Below are positions 26,531 to 41,082 of a DNA stretch of 64,000 nt, one piece after another. The translations under genes were made by a program, and so were the position numbers. The notes beneath the pieces were generated by a model. It was not told where the DNA came from and made no database searches. It saw only the letters and a list, made by a program, of their open reading frames with translations. The stretch's first letter is position 1; the number at the start of each line of letters is the position of its first letter. The stretch comes from Eledone cirrhosa (taxonomy: Eukaryota). Where the stretch lies: positions 53,010,001 through 53,074,000 of the forward strand of contig OZ024741.1 in NCBI GenBank assembly GCA_964016885.1. The letters run 5' to 3'.

Positions 26531-27185
26531 CATAGTTGGCGTTGGCGTTGTGCCTAAATCAGAAATCATTATTGTTATTGTCGTTTTTGTTGTTGATCAC
26601 ACCTACAGAAATCTCAGTTCAGCTTTATATGTTATGTATCTTATTTTGCTCATTGTGCATCGCACAAATGCATTTTTATGATTCGTTACTGATCTCCCTC
26701 TGTTTCTATATTTTTAGTATGCATTTTTCTTTTCGTTCCTTATTTACACAAATGCCATTCAGTATGATAGATTACAAATCTGCTTACATTTTCAGCTTCA
26801 GTAGCATGTGAAAAAACTGGTTTCGCACGTTCCTCTACTCTGAAACAGAATTTCAACAACCTATCAAAATGCCAACCATTTTCCCCCGTTAATTCAAAAA
26901 GATTTTAAAGTATTTTCATGGAAATATTTCATAATTCAGTTTTCTAGACGTTTTGTTTTCGATTTAAACAAGTGCTTATAAATATTTTAATAATGGTTTT
27001 TAGAGTTGTGTAAGAAAACAAGTTTTCTGTATTAATAATGTCTCTCATGCTTTAATAATTTCTATTATATTTCTACTTGTTATGATTGTTAAGTAACACA
27101 TTTTTCTATGGTATTTATTTATTTACTTTTCAGTATACTTTTTATTACAATAGCAAATGAACATCGAAACAAATAAATACTTTTG

Positions 27186-27269
<84 letters not shown>

Positions 27270-27608
27270 TACTATATCACATTAATTTAAAATGCTTTGA
27301 ATTCAATTTCAAAAGCAACGTTCCCCACCAAAAAATAACAAAAAAAAAAAATCAAAAAATCAAAAGGAAAAAAAAATTTGCAATTAAGAGACGTTTATTT
27401 AGCAAACGAAAATGAATTAATATGCTATAAATCGTATGATAGAAATACAAAGGTGTATCGAAAATATGAAAAACAAGGTTATAAACATATTGAAAGAATT
27501 TTTAATATCTCAATAAAAATGTATAAATATTCTTTCAATTACATCGAGGTTAAAAAATAAATTATTATAGTAACAGCATGGAACGACAAACACATATTCA
27601 CACACACA

Positions 27609-27690
<82 letters not shown>

Positions 27691-27756
27691 AGACACACAC
27701 ACACACACAGACATATATATATATAAGTGTATGTATGTATTATGTATGTATGTATG

Positions 27757-28303
27757 TCAGGTCGCTCTTTAGCGATACTGGTAACATGTAACCGAGTACA
27801 ATATGTGCATGGTCGGGTCATCGGTGACTAAGCCGGCAACACCGCCAAGCTGCTTTGTGAGGAGGGTGTATTTGGACACCCTGTGGCATGAAAAAGAAAA
27901 TCCGTCAAATGGCGGAGGAACCCAGGAGAGTCAACGGCTATGCAATACATTTTTTTCATTTTTTTGTGGGGCGAAAAACTCTAAGTCTTCATAAAGACAT
28001 ATCTCTAGGAGAAGATCACTCTGATATAAAACCTGCGAATTAGTTTGCATCCAATGATGTAGACCAATTCTTGTTTGGGGGCAAATGTATTTGATGTTCA
28101 GAGAGAGGGATTGGCCCCGTGCAAAGCCTTTCTCCACTTAAAAAAAGCTTCAAACACAGTCATCGCTGGTTACGTGATATTTTTTGCGATGCATGGTATT
28201 TCCGGGCATAGACAAGTCCCTAGCAGGACTAAAAAGCCACGTCGATGATTCTCATTCTTAAGTATCAAGCGATGGCATTACTCAAAATTAATTTGCAGCT
28301 ATC
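27757..28303 (+). mobile_element. Diverged RTE-derived bipartite element
   Basis: Starts GTCAGGTC..ACTGGTAACATGTA like 2508 and 44646; contains CTAGGAGAAG..ACTCTGATATAAAACCTG; ends GCAGCTATC-ATGT. Confidence 0.7.
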
Positions 28304-28313
28304 ATGTATGTAT

Positions 28314-31300
28314 GTTCTTCTGGTTTTATAATTTCACAAAGTTTTACCAATAGCTCTCATTGGAATTTACACATCAACTAGGTAGATATGTATGTTTGCA
28401 TGCATGCATGTGTAGATATGGATGTATGTGGGGATGTGTATGTTTTGAGTTGTATGTGTGCATGTGTATATGCTTTGTATCTGTACATGTGTATATGCAG
28501 TTATTAGATGCAACATTTTTGGAATGTTTTACATATTTTTACTGTTCCATTAATGGATTGTACTTGTAATTTCCTAACTAGTTGTGTTCTTTCTGTTCCT
28601 GTGAAGCCTAGCTTCTCAAGATTTGTATTGAAGCAGTTACTAACATATCCCAGTGCTCCAATAATCACAGGCATACATCTGAAGGTGTAATCAGGGTGGA
28701 GTATCTGCAGATTTCTCATCAGTTCTGCATAAATATTCTCCTTTTCACTAATCTTTGATATTATATTGGCATCTGCTGGGCAGCTAATTTCCACTACTGT
28801 GCATGTTTTCTTCTCCCTGTCCCATATCATAATATCTGGTCTGTTATGCCTGCATTTTATTGGGTTTTTACTGGAACATTCCACCAGTACTCTTTCATAT
28901 TATGTACATGGATGTCTTCCACTTTGTTGTAGCTTTTAATGTGTTTATTATCGGGGCTATCTTTTTTACGAACTGCATTGTACAGTGTTTTGGCCACTAC
29001 ATCATGCCTCATAGGTAGATAGTACCGCGATGACATCTTTCGGCAGCTGCTGATGACATGGGTGATATCCTCGATGTTAGTTCTGCAGAGTCTGCACTTG
29101 TTATCACATCTAGGTGTTTTTCCTGCATCCCTATCTCTTTTGTGAATGAGGTATTTCGTGCTAATCTCCTGTTCTTGGATTGCAAAAGCGTATCCTTCAA
29201 AGTGGGAGCCAATATAGCGGTTGTTGGTCCAAGATAGACTACTTTCCTTATCTTTATTACTCTCACTCTGGAGCTTCCTGGCAACATATCCATGCATGAT
29301 TGTTTGCTGATAGGCATGCAGTTTTTCATCCATGGATTCACTGCGATACTGCTGAGCGACATCCCTGGGTGCGAGTTTTTGATTATCACACAGGGAATAT
29401 CTCTCAAGGAGTTCCTTCCCAACTCTCATGATCTTATCTGTTTCATGCAGATAGACTTGCTCGAGAAGCGGGCTCCTACGCTTCGAGGTTCGTAGATGTT
29501 GTCGGAGAGATATGATGCGACATTCAAATGTTGTCGGGACTGATGTTAAGCCCCTGCCTCCCTGCTTACGTTTCAAGTAAAGGCGGTCTATGTGACTGTT
29601 GATGTGGAAGTTTCCGGTGTTGTTCAGTATTTTTCGAGTTCCAACATCAACTGCTCGGATTTCGTCTATCGTCCAATTGAGTATTCCAAACGTTGGTGTT
29701 AGGACAGGCACAGCAAACACATTGTGAGCGCCACTGTTTTGTTTTGCGCAGAGAGTTCCGATGACCAGATCTTCCTTAATCGGGTGTAGTATTCCCTGGT
29801 TACGCGTTCTTTATCACAGATACTATTATAGGATATGTTCTCATCTATCCCCAGGTATCTGTAGCAGTCCTTATCAGATATCGGTGAAGCAGTTAGACCA
29901 TTGATGACAATGTTGCTAGATTGGGTTGTTGTTTTTCCCCGCTTTACAGTCATGTATGAGCATTTATCTTGGCCAAACTTCATTCCTATATCCTTTGAGA
30001 ACGTTGTAACCAGGTCAAGATTTTTCTTCATCCCATCCAAGTTCTTGGCATAGAGTTTCAGATCGTCCACAACGAAGTTATGGGTTAGGTTCGTATTTCT
30101 GTCCCCCTGTGAGCCAATGATGTATCCCTCACATTTCTTGAGCAGAAAGGACAAGGGGTTTAATGAAAAGATGAACAATATCACAGAGAGACTGTCCCCC
30201 TGAAATATACCCCTGCAATATTTTATTTTATCAGTGAAAATAGAGTCCTCCCTCTCTGTCTTTAACCTTAGGATAGTAGCCCAAGAAGAAGACAGCCTCT
30301 CTATGGCTCTGACTATAATGTCTGGGACTTTAGCAAGTTGGAGGGCCTCTATCATCCAAGAGTGGGGAACAGAATCGAAAGCTTTCTTGTAGTCCAGCCA
30401 GACTGTAGTCATATTCCTCCTAAGTTGTCGCACCTCCGACATCGCAGTTTTGTTGATTAGGAGTTGTTCAGCACATCCCCAAACCCTTTTCTTTCCAGCT
30501 GCTTGTTCATCTGTGATGATGTTATTATTTTCACAGTAATCTTGGAGGAATAGGTTGAGGCAGGCTGTATACATCTTATACATTAGGTTCTGGCATGCAA
30601 TGGGTCGGTAGTTTTTTGCCAAGTGGGTGTCTTTGTTCTTGGGGACCAGTAACGTTTGTGCTAATGTCAACCATTCTGGTATAAGTGTATCTCCCTTAAG
30701 AACTTGTTGGTAGAGATCAGTAAGAGACGTCCGATAGAATATTAGTTTCTTGTACCAGTAGCCGACAATCATGTCTCTTCCTGGTGTTTTCTTATCTTGG
30801 AGTTTTCCTATCACAGTCTCAAGGGTACCCCCACTTATTTCGTATGTTTTTGTTGTAGTGTAGGAGCAATAGTTCTTTCGGATTTCTCTTAGCCACACTG
30901 CATCTTGGTTGAAATTCTTCTTTTCACCCCATATTTTTCTCCAAAAGGAATCTATGTATTTCTGGGATGGGGCCTCAGTGACACTTATTATTTTGCCCTT
31001 CATATCTCTATAGACTGATGTTTGGTTTCGTCTAATCTTTTATTAAGCATTTTTCTCTCATCTACCTTCTTCAGGTATCGGCGTTTTTCGCTAACAGCTC
31101 TCAATTCTTGTTTGAGGGTGATCAGCTTATATTGGAGAGTTCTGGTTCTACTGTTACCAAACATCGTCTCTATTTTATTTTTCAGTCTTTGTTGGTGAAG
31201 AGTGAGGTTTTTTTGTGTTTGTTTGTATGTAAGGAGCATTATCACATGACCTATGTTTTTTCGTAGGTCAACACTCTTTTTTTCTATGTTAGTTATATAT

Positions 31301-31567
31301 GATGGTATTTTTGGTGGTGTTTTGTTCTTGTTAATTTCTCTGCAATCACCAAGATAATGCTTCACTGTCATTGCTAAGGCATATAAACAGGCGTTGATTT
31401 GCCAAAATGTTGAGGTTTTTATCTGTCGTAAATATTCGTCCCCTATTTCGTCAATAACAAGTAGTATTTCATTATTTGGTTTTTTATTCACCATTGTTAT
31501 TTTAACACGTTCAGCCAGAGAGATATTTATACATGACTTAATTTCTCTCTGGAAGATTTCGTTGAGG

Positions 31568-31568
<1 letters not shown>
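28314..31568 (-). mobile_element. R4/Dong-like RLE LINE, 5'-truncated, few frameshifts
   Basis: ORF-track pieces 31000-31494, 29699-31003, 28857-29720 and 28504-28884 give RT (VVDDLKLYA) and RLE (CRLC, RHD, NRPDI, VEISCP). Confidence 0.92.
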
Positions 31569-31598
<30 letters not shown>

Positions 31599-31676
31599 TG
31601 TATGTATGTATGTATGTATGTATGTATGTATGTATGTATGTATGTATGTATGTATGTATGTATGTATGTATGTATG

Positions 31677-33291
31677 TTTTGGGTTAATGTCGTGGGTAAC
31701 ATGTCGGAGCCTATCTCAGTAAAAAATGGAGTGAAGCAGGGGGATATTCCAGCACCGACCCTGTTTGCCATATACTTTGCAACGGTTTTCTGTATTGCAT
31801 TCAGGAATTGCGAGCATGGTGTTTACATCCGATATCGAACCTCAGACAGCATATTTAACATCAGGCGCTTTGCTGCGAAGACAAAAGTGTTTACATCAAT
31901 CATAAGAGACCTCTTGTATGCAGATGATTGCGATCTTGTAGCGCACACAGAGAGTGATATGCAGCACATTTTGAATGCATTTTCTGACGCTTGCACTGCC
32001 CTAGGTCTAACTGTCAGTCTCAAGAAAACCGTCATCATGTACCAACCTGCCCCTGGTAGGAAGTACACTGAACCAAACATCTATGTGTATGGCAAACGAC
32101 TTGGAGTGGTTGATCAGTTTGTCTACCTGGGAAGCACTGTCAATCGATACAGCAACCTTGACAGTGAAATCTCACTTAGGATTAGGAAAGCAAGTGATGC
32201 TTTCGGAAAGCTAGAAAGGCGACTCTGGGGTCGGCGAGACATATGCAGGAGGACAAAGGTAAAGGTGTACAGGGCATGTGTGCTCTCTTGTCTTCTTTAT
32301 GCCTGCGAGACCTGGGTCACATATCGACACCACCTTAAGCAATTGGAGCGTTTCCATCAGTTGTGTCTCAGATGGATCCATGCCGTTCACTGCAGGGACC
32401 ACATCAGTGATGTCGAGATTTTGGAAAGCTCTATGTGTGACAGTATAGAAGCTCTTGTGCTTAAGCAACGACTCCGTTGGAGTGGTCACCTTGCCAGGAT
32501 GAAGGATTCTAGAATACCAAAACAACTCTTTTATGGAGAGTTGGTTAAAGGAAAACGACCGCCACATAAAACAAAAAAGGAGGTATAAGGATTCCTTGAA
32601 AGCCTCTCTGAAAGATGCTAACATCTCTGCTGATACATGGGAGAATATTGCTGCTGATCGTAATAAATGGCGAAAGATTGTATATGAGGGAAAAGTTGCC
32701 TTTGAGGCATCTCGAATCGCATACGAGAAAGTAAAGCGGGATGTGAGGAAGGTCATTGCTGTTGCACTTCCAGACGGCGAGGGTCCTCCTATGGTGCTGA
32801 CATGCAGCGTATGTGCGAGACTCTGCCTAAGCAAAGCTGGACTCGAAAGTCATCTTCGCAGTCATAAATAAAGACCAGTGGTTGACAACCAGGCTGCTGT
32901 TGGAGATGCTACTCATGATGCTTGCCAAACATGTGGTAGATAATGTAAATCAGCAGGAGGGCTCAAGCGACATGCAAAAATACACGAACTCCAACCACAG
33001 CCGACTATTCCCAGTGAATGTTTTGGTTGCCGACTCTGTGCAAGACATTTTAGATCATTGGCTGGGCTAAAAAGCCACATTCGATCGCAGCGCTGTTAGT
33101 TGCAATCGTGTGTGTGTGTGTGTGTAGATATGCTTATGTGTGTGCGTGTGTGTATATATATATGTATATGTATATTATTATTGTTGTTGTCGTTATTATT
33201 ATTGTTATTAATGTAACACATACATTAATAACAATAATAATAACGTGTATATGTGTGTGTGAGTGTGTGTGTGTATATATGTATGTGTATG

Positions 33292-33328
<37 letters not shown>

Positions 33329-33349
33329 CTCTTTTTTTTATTTTATTTT

Positions 33350-33382
<33 letters not shown>

Positions 33383-33435
33383 TTATTTTTTTTCTCGTGC
33401 AATGGCCATACTCGATAACGAGGGGGCAGCCATCA
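31677..33435 (+). mobile_element. RTE-clade LINE, 5'-truncated (RT C-half and C2H2 fingers)
   Basis: GVKQGD, LLYADD, FVYLGS, LLYACETW, RLRWSGHLARM; 3' stem and (ATGT)n tail. Confidence 0.92.
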
Positions 33436-33508
33436 TGTATGTATGTATGTATGTATGTATGTATGTATGTATGTATGTATGTATGTATGTATGTATGTAT
33501 GTATGTAT

Positions 33509-33726
33509 GCATTGCTTTACATCTGGAGATCTCTCTGCACTTGTCATCACATGGTACCATGGGCCCAGCACTATGTGTCAATAATTGTCACAAGCGTAGT
33601 GTTTGTACCAGAGTTTTCAACTCGTTGGCTGGACTAAAAAGTCACACTTGTTCAGCCCATCGGTAGGGGTTCTCCTACATGGATGTAAAGTAGTGGCCGT
33701 ACTCGAAAACGAGTTGGCAGCCACCA
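33509..33726 (+). mobile_element. RTE-derived bipartite element 3' fragment
   Basis: Matches 2899-3116. Confidence 0.85.
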
Positions 33727-33799
33727 TGTATGTATGTATGTATGTATGTATGTATGTATGTATGTATGTATGTATGTATGTATGTATGTATGTATGTAT

Positions 33800-33878
33800 C
33801 TATATAGAATTAATTCATAATTATTAATAATGTTATATCGTGCAATGGCCATACTCGATAACGAGGGGGCACCCATCA
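33800..33878 (+). mobile_element. RTE 3'-terminal stub
   Basis: TCGTGCAATGGCCATACTCGATAACGAGGGGGCAC followed by ATGT repeats. Confidence 0.75.
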
Positions 33879-33884
33879 TGTATG

Positions 33885-33933
<49 letters not shown>

Positions 33934-33939
33934 ACTAAA

Positions 33940-35786
33940 AACAAATGAGAACACAAAGGAAAATTACACAGTTGAAATTAGTAAGAGATACCCTGCTCTT
34001 CATGACCATGGTTCAACCAAGAAGTAGTAACGAAAAGGAAAGCATTAAATAGTGCCTATTCTAAACATATACTTCATTCGACTGAAATAAATAAACGGCT
34101 TATAACTGAAAGGAAACTGGATGATGCTTATATAAAAAAGAAAACAAGAATGCTACATTAGAGAGTAAGTAGAACTAGTGCATAATGACCATTTAAATAA
34201 AAAAGCTAAGCTTGTTGGAGTGTTACCAACGAAATAATTGGAAGAAAGCAATCCAACGAAGGTAAAATAAAAGCTGAAAGCCCACAGGAAGGAGTATAGT
34301 TGTGGAAGGAGCATTTTGTTAAGTTACTTGGACAACCCCTCTTGATAGTTGGAGGAAATATTGACAAGGTATGTGATCCACATCATATTGATGTTGGTTA
34401 TTTTACAATGCAGATGTTGAAAGATGCAAATAAGTCGATACAATACAACAAAGCTACAGACTTGGATAATACGCAAGCAGTAGTAAGGAAGGTATGAATG
34501 AATAATGAGCTGCTTGAAATCTGCCAAAACCTTCAAAGGAGATGGAACGAAAATCTGGAGAAAAGAAGAATGGTGTTTCTACACAAGAAGGGTGACCTGT
34601 GATATACAGCAAATTATCGAGGAATTACTTTATCAGTAGCTGCAGTTAAAATCTAAAACAGATTGCTACTAAACAAAATCAGACTGCATCTAGACCCGAA
34701 AGTCAGAATAAATCAAAATGGTTTCAGACAGAATAGATCAACTGTTTCACAAATATTGACACTGTAGTGGCTACTAGAATGTATCAGATCAAACAACCTG
34801 AAAGCTGTACTGTTTCTCATTGACTTCAAATATGCTTTTGGCTTTATCCATAGTGGAACGGTTATGTCAATCCTAGTTGCATATGGAATACCTGATGCCA
34901 TAGATTCTGCTATAAATATACTCTACATAAATACAGAAGTTCACGTTCACTTTCCTGGTGGTGATACCGAGGTGTTTGAAATCCTCGTGGCATCATATAT
35001 TTTCATAATCATTCTGGACTCTGCCATAAGGGAAACCATTGTTAATAAACAATATCTTGGCTTTACATTGACACACAGGAGAAGTAAGCGAAAGCCACCA
35101 ACTGTTAAATGTAATACACATTTTGCTAATGACATAGTACTTCTATCAAATACCATTGATCAACCTAAAGAACTTTATAAGGTGGAATACTCTGCTAGGA
35201 AAATTGATCTACCAAGGCAGAGTACATGTCATTAAACCAAGAATATGGAAATCTGGTCACACTAGATGGTGGAATACTAAATTGAGGTGACGATTTTTAT
35301 ATTTGGTCAGTTGATATTACAATTCTTTAAAGTTTGGGCTATATTGGACAGGATATGGAAGTCTTATTTATCCAGAAAATCAAAATATTCAGAAAATCTG
35401 TTCAGCCACTGTTGTATGGATCAGGTACATGGACCATGACACTAGTATTTAAGAAGAAACAGGATGGATCATACAGTAAAATGCTTAGTGTTATACAAAA
35501 CATAAACTGACGTGAACATATTACAAATGAAAGTTTATACAGAAAATTGCCCAACATAACAACAATTGCTCAAATACGGTTACGATTTGCATGACTTTGC
35601 CAGAGAAGTAAGCATGAAGTTATGCACTCGCTATTGTGGGAACCAGCACATTGGAAGACCTGCTCGAACATTCATCAATCAAATCTCAGACGATACAAAA
35701 CTCAGTAGGGAACTGTTGCCAGGACAATGGAAAATCGTGAATTGGGGAATGACTTTGTCAAGAATGTTCAACTGTGGTCACAATGA

Positions 35787-35788
<2 letters not shown>
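33940..35788 (+). mobile_element. Old degenerate RTE-like LINE ORF2
   Basis: WKEHFVKLLG, KKGDL..NYRGITL, NQNGFR, LIDFKYAF, FANDIVLL and GRPARTF, with stops; ends in GAT repeats. Confidence 0.75.
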
Positions 35789-35829
<41 letters not shown>

Positions 35830-35862
35830 CCTGTGTTTACATTTATATATATCCATAAGCAC

Positions 35863-35973
<111 letters not shown>

Positions 35974-35974
35974 C

Positions 35975-37050
35975 GTCTATACCTCTACGTATTCCTCACC
36001 GGACAACCGGTGTGGGCTCCGTTGGTGAGGCGAGCCTTCCCACGACTCGTCTCGCTGACTGAGCTGCAGTGCTGGGTCAAGCAAAGACCGAGGAAAATGG
36101 GCGACTGGCACATCGAATGTGCTCAGGCGCTCACAGTCCTCTGGCAAACGGACCCGGCGATCAGTAGAGACACCACTTCGACATTATATAGAGGAAAGGG
36201 CCGCAGCAAGTGCGACGACGCGCTCGGAGAAACTCTAGGCGTAGCGGAAGACGAACTAGCCAGTCTGTTCGGTAGGACCTTCCGCCCGGGACCAATGGAC
36301 AACTTCCAAAAGTCCCTGGCCTGGCAGTGCTACCGAGGAGCTCTGCCAGTTCGAGACAAGCTCTACAGACACGGGCGCCCGGGTAGGGACCCTTCGAAAA
36401 AGATCTGTCCGAGAGGCGTGCGCGACGAGGAAACCGTCGCACACGCATCTGTACACTTCCCTGGCGTTACCGACCTGTGGGGCTATGTGGAACGACAATT
36501 ATCGCGGGTCGGACCAATCCAGTTGACCACCAAGTCCATTGTGATGATCAAACCGCCACCCTCCTTCAAAAACGAGGGAGAGGCGGTTTTCCTATGTGTT
36601 ATGGCTATGGTGAAAGAGGTTATATGGTGGACGAGGTTAAAACGGCTGAATTCAGACACCTTTCTCTCCGGCGAGCAACTGATTCGTTTTTTCAAATATC
36701 ATTTTGGAAGAAGAAGCAGGATGGAGAGAGAGGTGCTGTACCTCAGCAAATTTTATAAAAGGTGGGTGAATGTGGCAAAGATGGCCCGAGTGGTTGGGCC
36801 TTCTCTCTATATAAGCCTGTAGGTTGAGGAAAAAGAGGAAGATGGAAGGTAGTACTCACTCTTGGTGCTCCTGGAGATGAGGGTTGTACATTTTTTCAGG
36901 GTGTGTACAACCCCTGTGTAACACCTCCCCCTATTGGGATTTCAATTGTTATTTGTTATTGTATTAATAGTTTTATTTTCATATACCTGTATGTAAACTC
37001 CCCATTTGTATTTGTCCCCTTCTGTTGTGCCCTTGTGGCTAATAAAGAAA
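35975..37050 (+). mobile_element. Tx1 LINE 3' fragment inserted in (TATC)n
   Basis: Protein closely similar to the C-terminus of 6155-8626 (MDNFQKSLAWQCYRGALPVR); AATAAA; (TATC)n on both sides. Confidence 0.9.
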
Positions 37051-37562
37051 TTTATCTATCTATTTATCTATCTACCTACCTACCAACGTATTTATCTATC
37101 TATCTACATGACATTTAATTTCATATTATTTAATCAGTGTCCCTATGATTAAGACACAATAATTAGTCGCATTGAAGAAGTAGATGCTACAAGATTATTT
37201 TATTCATTTACAAATAACGTTCCTTTTAATATATAATTTAATCTTAACACAACGCTCAATTAGATACGTCCATTTTCAATATTATCTCGTCTACACAAGA
37301 CATTTACTGTGCTGGCACAACAATAGCTATGATGATGATGGTGATAATGAAGAGGAGAGTTGAACAGCAACTACAATAACAATAACAGCAACAAGAAAAT
37401 CAACGAAAACAGCAAAAACAACAACAATGATAATAAGAATGGTTTTTGATTTAAGCACAAGGCCATCAATTTCTGGGGACAGGAAAATCGATCACATCGA
37501 CCACAATGCACTACAGGTGCTTTATGTTATCGTATATATATATATACATATATTATATATAC

Positions 37563-37673
<111 letters not shown>

Positions 37674-37755
37674 CACGTATATATATACACGTATATATAT
37701 ACGTATATATATATATAAAAATATATATAAATATATATATACATATACACACACA

Positions 37756-37826
<71 letters not shown>

Positions 37827-38434
37827 ATGTATGTATGTGTGTGTATGTGTGGGTGTGGGTGTATGTGTGTGTGTGTTTGAGTTATATAATAAAATCAACA
37901 ACAACACTCTTCAGACGACAAACACTTGAATAAATTACTACAGAGCACAATATCAGTAAGGGAATTGGCTTATAATTCGATTTGGGGGAAAATGTGTTCA
38001 AGCCCCATGGCAGATAGAACAAATCATTCACGAGAAGCAGACATAAAAGAATTACTACAAATATAGCAGCAGACTTCCAAATACTCCGAGTGGACCCAGA
38101 TAGATGAAAGAAAAGATTAAAATTGAATATTAGATACGCATTACCTGCCTAGTTAAAAGAGTGCTAAATGTAAACAAAATATCTGTGAATAAGGTCATAG
38201 TTGTGGTTATCTCAAGTGACATGCAATAATTTATTTCTATAATATTCTCTATTAGCTAAACCATGGTAGACAGAAAAACACATGAAATATAATAGATACA
38301 TTCAAAATGCAACAAGCAACAAATTCGTGATATAAATATTATATTTACCAGAAATACAAGGAGATAAGGGACTCCTGCATGTGGAAAACTTTACAAATAT
38401 TTACACTAAGACTTACAGAAATATCTTGTAAATA

Positions 38435-41082
38435 ATGGTTTCGGATTTAGACACGAAGCCAACAATTTTGAGGAAGAGAAAAGACGATTAAATCGACCAG
38501 AGTGCGTTACTGGTACTTTATTTTAACGACTCAGGTAGGATGAAATGTAAAGTTAACTTTCGTGGGATTTGAAATCAGAATAGAGGGCTGAAGCGAAAAT
38601 CTTCTATGTATTTCGTCCATTGCCCTATCAATACTGACAAATTGTCTCCCTTATATCTTCGAAATAATAAAATGTAACGAAATTACTAAATACATTTTCA
38701 GTTTAGCGCTATGGGCATGTCTCTTTTCTGACTCGCCGAGACTGAAAGGCTTCCCATAAAATAGATGAACATAGACTTTGAATATGGTCAATGCCACTAC
38801 GTTTTCCTTTCGATTGAGCGATAAGAAACTGGAAGGGAATAAATACAATAACTTCGTCGGCTTACTTTACTCAACTTCACCCCCTAATTAGAAGTGCAAG
38901 TGTGTGGGTGTTGTGTACATGATGTAATATCTATAACATGGTGAGATACATTTAACTAACTGTATCTCCTGTCTTTAAAAGTTGTCATCTTATTAGAAAT
39001 TATTAATACGTTCTCAGAAATAGCACGAAATATATTTTCTTTGTTTCGTTTTGTTTTGTTTCATGAAAAGTACAAAGTAACCCGAGGTTGTCGAATATAA
39101 TAACAACTCTCTTAGATTATTTCATTCTCTGCGTAAGGATGAAAGATAAACATAGCCTCGGTGGAATTTGAACTCAGAAACTAGAAGGCCGCAAGGAAAT
39201 ACCGCAAATATTTCGTCCAACGTGCTAACGAGTCTACCAACTCATGACACTAATAATAATTGTTTCTACATTTGGCACAAGGCCAGCAATTGTCCCAGTG
39301 CATTACTGGTACTTTATTTTATCGACCCCGTAAGGATTAAAGGCAAAATTAACCTCGGCGGCATTTGAACTCAGACCGTAAATGATCGTACCTTTATGCT
39401 ACACAGCATGGCGTCCGACCCTCTACCGATACTGCCAATGCACCGCTAATAATAATGATTTCTTATATAGACACAAAGCCAGAAATTGTTGGGGAGGGAA
39501 AAGTCGATTAAACCGACTCCAGTGCGGGACTGGTACTTTATTTTATCGACTCCATAAGGATGAAAGGCAGAGCTAACCTCGGCGAGATTTGAACTCATAT
39601 CGTAAATCACCGTAACTCTATGCTGCAAAGCATGGTGTCCGACTCTCTACCGATACTGCCAATCCACGAATGGTTTCTGATTCAGGCACAAGGCCAACAA
39701 TTTTTAGGGAGAGGAAAGTCGATTAAATCGACCTAGTGCGTTAATAATGGATTCTGATTCAGGCACAATCCCAATGGTTGGCTTTTGTCACACTAGACTG
39801 ACACCAAGAAAACATTGAAGACAGCATAGGATAGCAAAGCACGATACAGTATGTGTCTTCTGTGTGTAAAAAGTAATAACAGAGTACAACAAAACATTCA
39901 AGCAAAATAATTGTTTCTACGTTAGGCAGGGATTTGAAAGGCAAAGTTAACCTCGGCGGGATTTGAACTCAGAATAGCAAGGGCCGTAACTCTATGCGTC
40001 AAAGCATGGCGTCCGACCCTCTACCGATACTGCCAATCCACCGCCCTCTACCGATACTCCCAATCCACAAGCAAAATAATATTCTCCAATGGGAGGCAAA
40101 ATTTACTAGAGTATATCGTGGAAAAATCCCGCAAAAACCACGATCACCCCAACGGCCAGGACGAATGCCTGCTCTCATTTGACCAAATATCATGGGTTTA
40201 CCGTTTTTCAGGTCAAAATATAGCTCACTATTTAAGCTCTAGCAAATTTATACAATAAAACGTTTCGAAAACTGATAACAAAAACAACAATCCTACAGGA
40301 GCAGAATCATAGACGACAGAAGCAAATCATGAGCAATATTAGTAATGATAATTGTTTCTACTTTTGGCACAAAGCCAGCAATACACCAGTGCATTACTGG
40401 TACTTTATTTTATCGACACCGTAAGGATCAAAGGCAAAGTTAACCTCGGCGGGATTTGAACTCAGACCGTAAAGGGGTGTAACTCTATGCTGCAAAGCAT
40501 GGCGTCCGATCCTCTACGGATGCTGCCAATACAGGCACAAGGCCAGGGAGGGGAAAGTCGAAAAAATCGATGCCAGTTCCTGGCTGGTGCTTATTTTATC
40601 GACCCTTCTAAGGATGAAAGGTAAAGCAACCTCGACGGGATTTGAGATCAGAACGTAAAGGACCGTAACTCTATGCCGCTAATCATGTTGCTCGACACTC
40701 TACCGATACTGCCAATCCACCACCCTAATAATAATAATAATGGTATCTAATTTAGGTACAAGGCCAGCATCCTGGGGTAGGGGAAAGTCGATTAAGTCGA
40801 CTCCAGTGCAGTACTGGTGTTTTATTTTATCGACCCCATAACGATGAAAAGCAAAGCTAACCTCGGCGGGATTTGAAATCAGAACGTAAAATGCCGCAAC
40901 TCTATGTTGATAAGCATGTTGCTCCACACTCCAGCGATACTGCCAATTCCTCACCCTAATAATAATAATAATAATGGTTTCTAATTTAGGTATAAGGCCA
41001 GAAATTTTATGGGAGGGGAAAGTCAGTTAAATCGACCAGTTAAATCATTACTGGTACTTTATTTTATCGACCCCGTAAGGAT
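38435..41082 (-). mobile_element. Cluster of about ten complete or partial family-1 SINEs, head to tail, several joined by (TAA)n
   Basis: Copies at about 38435, 39115, 39258, 39455, 39670, 39910, 40350, 40533, 40740 and 40974, all on the same strand. Confidence 0.88.

Noticed and set aside
37930-38430. Possible old RLE LINE remnant (LYLPEIQGDKGL)
   Set aside because: Only one weak motif.
38435-41082. tRNA genes or a CRISPR-like repeat-spacer array
   Set aside because: The A/B boxes belong to SINE heads without a cloverleaf; units are ~200 bp and irregular; eukaryotic context.
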